The notes under the pieces: model-generated
Told to the model about the DNA's origin: nothing
Databases searched by the model: none
Seen by the model: the letters and a program-made list of their open reading frames with translations, nothing else
Part shown: positions 16,886 through 25,239 of the stretch, in pieces
Numbering within the stretch: position 1 is the first letter of the stretch
Layout of the letters: every line of letters begins with the position of its first letter
Position numbers and translations under genes: made by a program
Assembly (NCBI GenBank): GCA_964654185.1
Contig: CAZZIE010000004.1
Coordinates: 4,994 to 68,993, forward strand
Direction: 5' to 3'
DNA length: 64,000 nt
Source: an uncultured Spirochaetaceae bacterium
Lineage (GTDB): Bacteria; Spirochaetota; Spirochaetia; DSM-27196; PWMO01

Positions 16886-19800
16886 GAGAGACCTCCTGCA
16901 ATGACGTAGAGAGCGACAACAAAGAGGAGAATGTGGAGCGCGTAGGTCTGGCCGTTGCCGGAGTAGATGCGCCGCATGGCGGAGCCCGCGGCGTTCACCC
17001 CGTCACGGACCCCCGCCCAGAAGGCGATCACGCCGGGTCGTGAGAGAAAGCCCAACGCCTTGTCGTAGTGGGCGAAGAAGTGATGGGCGAAGTGGGTGGT
17101 TTCCGGGCGATCCGGGCGCTCCGCAGCGTAGACAATGTTGAACTGTCCGACCGCCTGGGGACGGCGCATGACGACCATGAGCCACACGAGGGGCACAATG
17201 AACACCACCATGGTGACGTACATGACCAGGTTGCCGTTCCAGTATCCCAGCGTCGAAAGCACCGTGTAGCGCTCCATGACCGTAGCCGTACCGAGGTAGG
17301 CGCCGGTGGTCGAGAGGAGTGGCTGCACGAGCAGATTCGGATACATGGAGACGCCCATGAGCCCCCCGGCCAGAAGCAACTGCGGCAGGATGAGCCAGAA
17401 GGGCGCCTCCCGCACCTCGCGATGCGTGTCCTTCAGCTGTCCCAGAAAGATCGTGTGGATGAACTTGAAGAGGTAGAGAAACGCAATGGTGCTGGCAAAG
17501 AAGGCAAGGGCCGCCTGGAAGTACCACCCGCGCTCGAGCAGCGCGGTGTAGAGCATCCATTTGCCGCCGAACCCTGCCAGGGGCGGAACCCCCGACACCG
17601 CAATGATGGCCATGAGCGACGATATGAAAGTCAGGGGCATCTTCTTGATGAGCCCGCCGAGCTCGTGCATCCGGCTCGTTCCGGTCCTGAAGATGACTCC
17701 GGCCACGGCCAGGAAGAGCATTCCCTTGAAGATCAGGTGGAGCACCGAGAGATAGAGCCCCGTGGTCCATCCGAGCTGACTCGCCATGGCGACGGCCATG
17801 ATGATGTAGCCGAGCTGGCTCATGGAGGAGTACGCCAGGAGATACTTCACATCGCTCTGGTACACCGCGAGGAGCGCACCGAAGAGGGCCGTGAGTGCGC
17901 CGATCCAGCCGACGATTGCCAGCAAGAGATCCGCAGCGCCGGCGGTCGTAACGAGGAGCATGCCGACAACCAGGAGTCCCGCAACGGGCACCTTGCTCAG
18001 AATGCCGGAGAAAACCGGAGACAGGTCGTCCTCCGCCTCGGCGTAGGCGCCGGGAAGCCAGATCTGCACCCCGACGGCACCGGCTTTGACCAGAAATCCC
18101 GCAACAATGAGGATGAGCGCGGCCAGCGAGGCGCCGGCACTCACGCCCCCGGCCGCGCCGGTGCCGGCGTTGAGGGCCCCGGCGGTCGCGCCGGACAACG
18201 CGGAAACCGCGAGCCCCGCCACGGCCGGTCCCAGCAGAGCCGCTGCATCCGGAGCCAGGGTCGCGGAGACGACGTGGGGAAAGCCGAAGGCGACGCCGGT
18301 GAGCCCCAGGTAGACCAGCCCCACCATGAGAAGGAACGCCCCGCCGACGGAGAAGACAAGATAGCGAAGGGCCGCCCGGGCGGCGCCGTGTCGCCTCAAC
18401 AAGAGAAGGTAGGACGCCAGCGTAACCGACTCGAAGGCGAGAAAGAATCCCGCCGAGCTCTCGGCGGCAAGGAGGGAAACCATGCTCAAGGTGAGTGCGG
18501 CAACCAGGGGAAAGAGCCCCGTTGCGCGCTTCCTCCGGTTCAGCAGCGCAAGAGTGGCAATCACGCCGCCTCCCGCGAAGATTCCCAGAAAAACAACCCC
18601 CATGCCTTCGAGCATCGGATAGACCACCCAGCCGAACCCGGCAATCGCCGCCACGGTGAGCAGGGCCTTCACCCGGGCCGGCAACCAGTCGAGAACCCAC
18701 AACGCCACAGCCGCGGCAAAGGGCACGAAGAGGAGCACCTCCCGGAAGCCGAACAGCCAGGCCGACAGAGGGCCCAGGACGAGCAGGATCACCGCAAACA
18801 CCCCGGGAGGATCGTCGGCCACGCCGGTCCGGGTCGCGCCGGTGCGGGCCTCGCCGGTGCGGGCCTCGCCGGTCCGTACCGGTGCGGCCGCCGCGGCGGC
18901 GTGGGCAGTCGCCGTGACACCGCGGGCACCCGCCGCAGGCAGCGCGTCGTCAGCGGCCGCCGCGGATCGCGCCCTCTCGTCCGCGACGGGTTCACCAGCG
19001 TCCTCCCCGAGCACCTGCGGAGTCAGCGCCGCCCCGAGAAAGCGGAAGAGATACGTCGCCTCGAGGAGGGAGCCCAGGAGGATCACGACGATCCAGAGAA
19101 CTGAGCCCGCCCCGGCAAGCTGAGTAATGAGCGTCCACTTTGCCCAGAATGCCGGAAAGGGAGGAAGGCCTGCGAGGGCGATTACGAAGAGTCCCGCGGC
19201 AATCAGCAGACCGCGGCGAACTCGTGACCCGTCACCGCCACGGCGCAGCCGGCTTGCCAGACCGGCCAATCCCTCGAAGCCCAGGGAGGAGGCGATCCAG
19301 AAGAGGCCGCCCTTTGCCAGGAGATGATTCACCAGGAGACCGCCGCCTACCAGAAGGGACGTGCCGACGCTCCAGTCCTGCAGATGTGCCAGCGAGACTG
19401 TCGCCACGACCAGACCGAGTTGCGCCACCGAGGAGTATCCGAGCATTCGCCGGACCTGACGCTGCCGGAGTCCCATCAGGTTGGAAAGACCGAATGTCAG
19501 TACACCGACACCAACGAGGACACTCAGCTGTGGGCCAGGAATCATCGGCACAATCTTGTAGAGGGCAGCAACAATGCCGCCGGAGGTGCCCACGGAGATG
19601 ATTGATGCAACTGCCGGCTCGGAGGCTTCATATACATCGAGCGCCCATCCGTTCGCCGGGAAGGGCTTCAGCTCAATCAACAGCGCAGCGACCACCAGGA
19701 ACACGGCGACGAATCCCGCGCCGCCGGTAAGAACCTCGCTCCCCTGGGCCGTCAGGATCATGCCGTCAATGTTCAGGGTTCCGGTCACGCGATAGAGGTA

Positions 19801-20331
19801 GATCGTGCCAATCAGAAACAGTGCCGATGCCAGACCTCCCGCTATGACATACTTGAAGCCCGCACTGAGACCGCGTTGATCGTCGTGCAGGGCAATCATG
19901 CCGTACGTGGCAATGGCGGTGATCTCCAGGAACACGAACACGTTGAAGAGGTCCCGGGTGAGGATCAATCCGTTGGTCCCCATGGCCATCATGAGCAAGA
20001 GGATCTGCGCGCCCAGATGACCGTGAAGGAATCGCCTCGTGAGAAGAACGCCCGATCCGAGGAAGGCCAGATTCACTGCAAGGGCGAGCCCGGCCTCGAG
20101 GGTCCCCATGCGCAGGTTGATCGAAAAGGGCGGCGCAAACCCCGCCGTCAGCACCTCCGGAGCGGCCGCGCCGCCCAGGAGCGCAACGAGCCACGCACCG
20201 GAGAGCCCGACCATCCAGGCAAGGGTTCCAAGGGTCAGCCCGAGGGAGAGACCCCGGCCGAGCCGGTCGGCAAGTCCGAGAAGAAATGCAACCAGGAGCG
20301 CGATTGCCGGCAGAAAGATCGGGCTTACCAT
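16882..20331 (-). CDS. fused double NuoN/MrpD-type antiporter-like subunit (MbxH'-MbxH equivalents in one 1149-aa polypeptide)
   Basis: Two complete Proton_antipo_M-like modules (about residues 1-450 and 520-1149) are joined by an Ala/Arg/Thr/Gly low-complexity linker (...RTGEARTGEARTGATRTG...). Confidence 0.8.
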   Translation of the reverse strand: MVSPIFLPAIALLVAFLLGLADRLGRGLSLGLTLGTLAWMVGLSGAWLVALLGGAAAPEVLTAGFAPPFSINLRMGTLEAGLALAVNLAFLGSGVLLTRRFLHGHLGAQILLLMMAMGTNGLILTRDLFNVFVFLEITAIATYGMIALHDDQRGLSAGFKYVIAGGLASALFLIGTIYLYRVTGTLNIDGMILTAQGSEVLTGGAGFVAVFLVVAALLIELKPFPANGWALDVYEASEPAVASIISVGTSGGIVAALYKIVPMIPGPQLSVLVGVGVLTFGLSNLMGLRQRQVRRMLGYSSVAQLGLVVATVSLAHLQDWSVGTSLLVGGGLLVNHLLAKGGLFWIASSLGFEGLAGLASRLRRGGDGSRVRRGLLIAAGLFVIALAGLPPFPAFWAKWTLITQLAGAGSVLWIVVILLGSLLEATYLFRFLGAALTPQVLGEDAGEPVADERARSAAAADDALPAAGARGVTATAHAAAAAAPVRTGEARTGEARTGATRTGVADDPPGVFAVILLVLGPLSAWLFGFREVLLFVPFAAAVALWVLDWLPARVKALLTVAAIAGFGWVVYPMLEGMGVVFLGIFAGGGVIATLALLNRRKRATGLFPLVAALTLSMVSLLAAESSAGFFLAFESVTLASYLLLLRRHGAARAALRYLVFSVGGAFLLMVGLVYLGLTGVAFGFPHVVSATLAPDAAALLGPAVAGLAVSALSGATAGALNAGTGAAGGVSAGASLAALILIVAGFLVKAGAVGVQIWLPGAYAEAEDDLSPVFSGILSKVPVAGLLVVGMLLVTTAGAADLLLAIVGWIGALTALFGALLAVYQSDVKYLLAYSSMSQLGYIIMAVAMASQLGWTTGLYLSVLHLIFKGMLFLAVAGVIFRTGTSRMHELGGLIKKMPLTFISSLMAIIAVSGVPPLAGFGGKWMLYTALLERGWYFQAALAFFASTIAFLYLFKFIHTIFLGQLKDTHREVREAPFWLILPQLLLAGGLMGVSMYPNLLVQPLLSTTGAYLGTATVMERYTVLSTLGYWNGNLVMYVTMVVFIVPLVWLMVVMRRPQAVGQFNIVYAAERPDRPETTHFAHHFFAHYDKALGFLSRPGVIAFWAGVRDGVNAAGSAMRRIYSGNGQTYALHILLFVVALYVIAGGLS
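18823..18882. repeat. 15-bp tandem repeat (about 4 degenerate copies) encoding the inter-module linker
   Basis: GCCGGTGCGGGCCTC at 18838-18852 and 18853-18867, with degenerate copies on both sides. It encodes (RTGEA)n on the minus strand. Confidence 0.8.
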
Positions 20332-20750
20332 TTCAGCTCCTTGAAGTCGTCGATCTGGAGCGATCCCCGGCGATCGTGCAGCTGCACGGCGTAGACGAGC
20401 ATGAGGGCGGTGACAGCCAGCCCGATTACAATGGCGGTGAGCACCAGCGCCGACGGCACAGGATCAACCACCTGGGCGGCGGCCCCCTGAGCGGCGGTGG
20501 CCTGCGCGGCGCCGGCCTGAGCGGCGGCGGCCTGCGCGGCGCCCCGGCCGGCGGTGCCGAGGACGGCAACGGCTTCGTCCAGAATCGGGGCGGTGCGCCC
20601 GCGGATGTAGCCGATCGACACCATGACGAGGTGGATCCCGGTGTCGACGATCGAGAAGCCAATGATCATCTTCACGATGTTGCGCTGCGTGAGCATGCCC
20701 CACAGTCCAATGAGAATCAGCAGAAAGCCGAAGGCGGATACGATGGTCAT
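20325..20750 (-). CDS. MrpC/NuoK/MbxG-like small membrane subunit with a low-complexity loop insertion
   Basis: FGFLLILIGLWGMLTQRNIVKMIIGFSIVDTGIHL is MnhC/NuoK-like. It carries an inserted AAQAAAAQAGAAQATAAQGAAAQ stretch. Confidence 0.75.
   Translation of the reverse strand: MTIVSAFGFLLILIGLWGMLTQRNIVKMIIGFSIVDTGIHLVMVSIGYIRGRTAPILDEAVAVLGTAGRGAAQAAAAQAGAAQATAAQGAAAQVVDPVPSALVLTAIVIGLAVTALMLVYAVQLHDRRGSLQIDDFKELKW
20486..20545. repeat. 30-bp tandem duplication inside the MrpC-like gene
   Basis: CCTGAGCGGCGG(T/C)GGCCTGCGCGGCGCC at 20486-20513 and 20516-20543. Confidence 0.8.
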
Positions 20751-21598
20751 GGCGCCTCCCGATTGGGTTCGTGGGTATGCGCGGCTGCGGGATTTGCCCT
20801 CATACGGTCGAGAATGCCGGTGAGCTCCGCCCCGACTTTGAGACCGACCAGCGAGTAGATCACGGGAATTGCGCCGGCACTCAGGAGCATCCCGTATCGA
20901 CCGGGCGGCAACAGCCGTGCATCCAGAAAACCTGCAGCCAGCACGATGCCGAGAATGCCGATTATCACGTAGGCTCCGCCGGACATCGACTCGATGAAGG
21001 TCAGTATCCCGTGGCCGATGCGAGCGCGGCTCGCCGAGAGGAAGTGCAGGAGCGCCGCCGCGGCAACAAGGACTCCTCCCTGGAATCCTCCGCCCGGAGT
21101 CAGGTGGCCGTGAAGGAATATGTACACACCGAAGACGAGCACCAGGGGCATGAGAATCCGCGCCCCGCTGGTGAGAATCTCCGATGGCTCGGATCGCGAG
21201 GCGCTTTCGCGGTCCAGTCCCGACCCGACCTCGTCTCCGGGGAGTCCGTGCAGGGGCCGCCCGCGACCCGGGGCAATTGACCGCTCCGGGGAAGCGGGCC
21301 CCGGCACGGCGCCGGTGAGCGGTCCGTGAGCATCGGGCCCAAAGCTGCGGCGCAACAGGAACCCGATCCCCGCGGTAGCGATGAAGAGAACCGCAACTTC
21401 CCCGAGTGTATCGAGTCCCCGATACGTGACTACCACCGCGGTGACGACGTTCTGGGCTCCGAGCTCATCCGGCGTGCGAGTTACGTAGCCCTCGGCAACG
21501 CGGGAGAGCTCGGCAGTCGGCGGCACGTCCCGGAGGAGCGGAAAGAGCAGCACTGCCACACCGGCGACCGCGACGATGGCAAACAATCTGGCGATCAT
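20747..21598 (-). CDS. MnhB/MrpB-family membrane subunit (MbxF-like, with a MbhE-like N-terminal part)
   Basis: NVVTAVVVTYRGLDTLGEVAVLF and FLHGHLTPGGGFQGG are MnhB-family signatures. They are separated by a Pro/Gly/Ser-rich insertion. Confidence 0.75.
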   Translation of the reverse strand: MIARLFAIVAVAGVAVLLFPLLRDVPPTAELSRVAEGYVTRTPDELGAQNVVTAVVVTYRGLDTLGEVAVLFIATAGIGFLLRRSFGPDAHGPLTGAVPGPASPERSIAPGRGRPLHGLPGDEVGSGLDRESASRSEPSEILTSGARILMPLVLVFGVYIFLHGHLTPGGGFQGGVLVAAAALLHFLSASRARIGHGILTFIESMSGGAYVIIGILGIVLAAGFLDARLLPPGRYGMLLSAGAIPVIYSLVGLKVGAELTGILDRMRANPAAAHTHEPNREAP

Positions 21599-21930
21599 GA
21601 GTCGGTGCCCTCCCCTGCTGGACCGTCGGTTCCCGTGGCGGTTTCAGTGGCGGCCCCGGTGGCGCGTCCAGCCTCGGCGCCGTGTCCGCCGCTGCGGGTC
21701 AGCCGGATTCGGTTCAGCGCCAGGAGGAAGACCACCGTGGTCAGAGCTGAGCCTATGGCGGCCTCCGTCATGGCGACGTCCGGTGCTGCCAGCACCAGAA
21801 AGACAATGCTCGCCAGAAGACTGACAACCCCTGCGGAGATGATCGCTGCCACCAGACTCTTCTGATACAGCGCAAATACCGCAGAGATCACCATGACGAT
21901 TCCCAGCACGATCAGTAATGCATCGATCAT
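21595..21930 (-). CDS. MbhD/DUF4040-like small membrane subunit (MrpA C-terminal-like)
   Basis: Three TM helices (...AAPDVAMTEAAIGSALTTVVFLLAL...) plus a Gly/Ala/Thr-rich tail. The 4-nt overlaps on both sides place it in the operon. Confidence 0.6.
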   Translation of the reverse strand: MIDALLIVLGIVMVISAVFALYQKSLVAAIISAGVVSLLASIVFLVLAAPDVAMTEAAIGSALTTVVFLLALNRIRLTRSGGHGAEAGRATGAATETATGTDGPAGEGTDS

Positions 21931-22340
21931 GGCGACTCCTTTCTGGACCCGCCGGCGCTCGGCCCGGCCACGCTCGACGTGCCCCCGGCGCTCGGGGCGG
22001 CGTCGGCGTCAGCGTCAGCGCCGCTGCCCGCCAGGTCGTCCTGTACCGTTTGCGACGCGAGCGGGATGCCCGCCGCGTGAGCCGCCCGTATGAGGGCGTG
22101 CGAAGATATCGGATTGGTGAATACAATGAACACGATCAGCAGGGCCAGGCGCGGAAGCCAGCTCGGAAAGGCAATACCGACGCCCGCGAGGAACAGGATG
22201 GACCCGAGCGTCGTTGCCTTGGTGCCCGCCTGCATGCGGTTGTACACGTCCGGCATGCGAACAAGACCGAGGGCAGCCAGCAGCAGGAAGATCGCCCCTG
22301 CAATGCTCACCAGACCTCCGATTACGCCAAGAAGATCCAT
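21927..22340 (-). CDS. MnhG/MrpG-like subunit (MbxC-like)
   Basis: Start at MDLLGVIGGLVSIAGAIFLLLAALGLVRMPDVYNRMQAGTKATTLG (MnhG signature). The ATG at 22340 abuts the stop of the upstream gene (22342-22344). Confidence 0.8.
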   Translation of the reverse strand: MDLLGVIGGLVSIAGAIFLLLAALGLVRMPDVYNRMQAGTKATTLGSILFLAGVGIAFPSWLPRLALLIVFIVFTNPISSHALIRAAHAAGIPLASQTVQDDLAGSGADADADAAPSAGGTSSVAGPSAGGSRKESP

Positions 22341-22341
22341 G

Positions 22342-22602
22342 CTAGAGCCCCCTTTCCAGGTAGCGGGCAACCGCCACAACGCCGAGGAAACTGACGAGCC
22401 CGTAGACCAGGGCGACATCAATGTAGATTACTCGCCCGCTCACCACCGCAATGAAGGCAATGATCGATATGGAGATGATGGTCATTCCATCCAGACCGAC
22501 GGTGCGGTCCGCAGCGGATGGACCCGCCAGCACTCGCGCAAACGCCAGGACGGCGGCCACGACGGCAATGCCCCCGGCAACCCAGAACAGGGTCTCAACC
22601 AC
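22342..22602 (-). CDS. MnhF/MrpF-like subunit (MbxB-like)
   Basis: 86 aa with three TM helices (RVLAGPSAADRTVGLDGMTII...ARYLERG), which is the MrpF pattern. Confidence 0.75.
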   Translation of the reverse strand: MVETLFWVAGGIAVVAAVLAFARVLAGPSAADRTVGLDGMTIISISIIAFIAVVSGRVIYIDVALVYGLVSFLGVVAVARYLERGL

Positions 22603-23092
22603 AGATCACCTCCAGGTAGCGTTCGAACTTCTCGACAATGCGTTGCGTGGTTGCCTCGATATCGTCGCCTTCAACATTGATCCAGTGGATGTAGAGGATT
22701 TCGCCCCGGCTCTCAACGGTTATGGTCCCCGGTGTCAGCGTGATGGAGTTGGCAAGAATCAGCCGTCCCAGACGACTCTTGAGTCTGGTGCGGACCCTGA
22801 CGATACCTGGACGAATCGGAAGCTGCGGGGCAAGCACCCGGAACGCCACGTCGAGATTGGCGCGGATCAGCTCGCCGAAGAAGACAAAGGCGTAGGCGAT
22901 CGCGAACAGGACGGATCTCGGGGAAATGCGAAAATCACCGAGCACTTCCGCCGCCCCCAGGGGCAACAGCATAACCAGCAGCGTGACAATGCCGGCGGCT
23001 CCCAACTCCTGAAGGTTCAGCGGGTACGCAAGGGCGGACCACACGACCATCAGGAGCAGGGCCAACAACACTCTTCCTCGCACGAGTGTCAC
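22595..23092 (-). CDS. MnhE/MrpE-like subunit (MbxA-like), first gene of the operon
   Basis: ANLDVAFRVL...ANSITLTPGTITV...LYIHWINV is the MnhE pattern. The preferred start is GTG at 23092 (GGGGAG 5 nt upstream). The track start at 23131 has no RBS. Confidence 0.75.
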   Translation of the reverse strand: MTLVRGRVLLALLLMVVWSALAYPLNLQELGAAGIVTLLVMLLPLGAAEVLGDFRISPRSVLFAIAYAFVFFGELIRANLDVAFRVLAPQLPIRPGIVRVRTRLKSRLGRLILANSITLTPGTITVESRGEILYIHWINVEGDDIEATTQRIVEKFERYLEVICG

Positions 23093-23179
23093 AGGCGCTC
23101 CCCATACCCGTCTGCAACTCGGTCGGCACACTCAAGGGTCAGGCGACGAAACGCACAGGCCGGCCGCTTCGATGGGCAC

Positions 23180-23191
23180 TTATCTATAAAA
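23180..23191. promoter_or_regulatory. TTATCTATAAAA box in the AT-rich region upstream of the Mbx-like operon
   Basis: This 12-mer is identical to 11383-11394. It is embedded in an AT-rich island (23178-23220) within an otherwise GC-rich sequence. Confidence 0.45.
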
Positions 23192-23298
23192 GGATTTCTA
23201 TATACGAATGATTGTATATGAGCGCGCCGGTTCTGTAAAGGAGAATCTACGGCGAAGCTACCGGTAAGAAGCGAAGATGTGGGCCGGCCCGGATGAGG

Positions 23299-23604
23299 TC
23301 ATACTCCGTCGGATCGCAGCAGGGACGACCAGACCTCGCCATCGAAGCCGAAGTAGAGCTCCCCGTCGATCTCCAGCACTGGGTAGATCGGTTTGGCACC
23401 GTACGCAATCTCGAAGTCTTCCTGGATCTGATGCCGCCTTTCCGCGGGTAATCGATCGAGGAGAATCGCCTGGACCGAGAGCCCTTCCCTGGTCAGGAAC
23501 TCTCTGGCGCGGCCACAGTGCGAGCAGAACGAAAGCCCGTACACGTATGCGTTGGACACAACGTGTTCGCCGGGCAACTGGACATAGGGGACATCCGGGT
23601 ACAC
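23299..23604 (-). CDS. glutaredoxin/NrdH-like thioredoxin-fold protein (CSHC motif)
   Basis: VYGLSFCSHCGRAREFL...PVLEIDGELYFGF. GTG start at 23604 with AGGAGGG 4 nt upstream. The gene directly abuts the stop (23606) of the upstream gene. Confidence 0.7.
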   Translation of the reverse strand: MYPDVPYVQLPGEHVVSNAYVYGLSFCSHCGRAREFLTREGLSVQAILLDRLPAERRHQIQEDFEIAYGAKPIYPVLEIDGELYFGFDGEVWSSLLRSDGV

Positions 23605-23605
23605 T

Positions 23606-24451
23606 TCACCCTCCTTTCGTCTCTCCTCGCCATGAGTAATCCGGTTCGTAGCCGAGCTCGGCGCGGGCGCGATCAATCGAGAGGAGTGTTTCGTAGGTCT
23701 GCAACTCCTTTCGAATGGGAACTTCAGGAAAGTACTCTTTCATGAGATCCGCGCTGGGCCGATCCATGACGGTGTCCGCGGCGGCGATGACGTAGTGCGG
23801 CGCTCCCTCTATGACCGCCTCCAGGGCACGTCGACAGCTCTGCGCAACATCCCGGACGTCCACGTAGCCCCACAGGTTCCACTTCCGGAGATTTGGATCC
23901 TTCTGGTACTCCTCGAATGCGTCATACTCGTCCGGCAGAATGATGTTCGAAAAGCGCAGGCCGATGATGGGAATGCCGGTCCACCTGTGGAACTGGCGAG
24001 CCATCTCCTCCGAAACGACCTTGGAGAGCGCGTAGTGGAACTCCGGATAGGTGTGGTTCTCGTCAACCGGCGCGTAGTCGGGGTGTCGTTCGAAGGGAAG
24101 CCCCAACGCCGTCTCACTCGACGCCCAGACAATGCGCTCCAGCCCGAGTGTGGCCGCCGCGTGGAAGACGTTGTACGTCGAGATTGTGTTCGTCTTGAAC
24201 GTCTCCCCGTCGGTGACCATGTACGGAGCCGGAATCGCCGCAAGATGCACCACCGCATCGGCACCCCTCAGAACCTCTACAGTCTGGCCCAGATCAGTGA
24301 GATCAGCCCGCCGAATCGAGTGATCCGCAGGATCAAGAGGTGCGGCAACGTCAACCTTGAGAACGTCGTACCCGCGCGCCTGCAGGGTGTCGACGGTGAA
24401 GCGCCCCGCCTTTCCCTCGCTGCCGGTAACTACCACTTTGCGAATTGCCAT
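23606..24451 (-). CDS. NAD-dependent epimerase/dehydratase family (extended SDR) protein
   Basis: VVVTGSEGKAG (Gly-rich NAD motif)...ASSETALG...YALSK (catalytic YxxxK). Confidence 0.8.
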   Translation of the reverse strand: MAIRKVVVTGSEGKAGRFTVDTLQARGYDVLKVDVAAPLDPADHSIRRADLTDLGQTVEVLRGADAVVHLAAIPAPYMVTDGETFKTNTISTYNVFHAAATLGLERIVWASSETALGLPFERHPDYAPVDENHTYPEFHYALSKVVSEEMARQFHRWTGIPIIGLRFSNIILPDEYDAFEEYQKDPNLRKWNLWGYVDVRDVAQSCRRALEAVIEGAPHYVIAAADTVMDRPSADLMKEYFPEVPIRKELQTYETLLSIDRARAELGYEPDYSWRGETKGG

Positions 24452-24525
24452 AGACTCCCCCTGTCGACATCTGCCCCGGACCGCATCTTGATTGTTCTCA
24501 TTGAGTCCGCGATCTTCTGTCTGTC

Positions 24526-25176
24526 ATGCAAGGTAGGATACGGCGTCTACCGTACAGTCGCAACCGGAATCACCAGGCGGAGACGCACCCTGAGCTACAT
24601 GAAGTCGATGAAGCCATTCGTGACTTCAAACGCACTGAAGCACGAGTCTCAGGTACCGCCGGTGATTCTGCAGGGGGCAGGCGGCGACGGAAGATCGTGG
24701 TGCGCTTGGTCGCCGCCGCGACGGTCGTCCTCATTTTCCTCATTGCGGTGCCGCCATTTCGGTACCCCGTCGAGGGAGTGGTATCATCCAGCTTCTTCCT
24801 TCGGCGTCGCCCCGAGAGCAGACTCTTCTTTGACATTGAGATGCATCGCGGCCTGGACCTGGCAGCGCCAGCCGGTACCCCGGTGATTGCCACTCGAAGC
24901 GGCCGGATCGTACGAGTGAGCGAGCACCCTGCCTACGGGAACCTCGTCGTCGTTCGGCACCTCTTCGGCCTCGAGACCTACTATGCACATCTGTCTCGAG
25001 TTCGAGTTCGAGAAGGGGCACTGGTGCTTCGAGGCCGGCCGCTCGGCGCGGTGGGAGAAACCGGACGGGCCACCGGACCTCATCTGCACTTCGAGGTTCG
25101 TGCCGCCGATCGCAGCCTTCCCCCGGGTCTGTTTCTGTTATTCCACGATGTGCGCCGCCTGGTCATCGGTCGCTGA
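24526..25176 (+). CDS. M23 family metallopeptidase
   Basis: HRGLDLAAPAGTPV...GNLVVVRH...YAHL...GETGRATGPHLHFEV, preceded by one TM segment. Confidence 0.8.
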   Translation: MQGRIRRLPYSRNRNHQAETHPELHEVDEAIRDFKRTEARVSGTAGDSAGGRRRRKIVVRLVAAATVVLIFLIAVPPFRYPVEGVVSSSFFLRRRPESRLFFDIEMHRGLDLAAPAGTPVIATRSGRIVRVSEHPAYGNLVVVRHLFGLETYYAHLSRVRVREGALVLRGRPLGAVGETGRATGPHLHFEVRAADRSLPPGLFLLFHDVRRLVIGR

Positions 25177-25239
25177 GAGCGCACCCGCAGCCCACGGGGC
25201 CGGCATCCTCCGCGTGGAACACATGCCTGACCACGTGAT

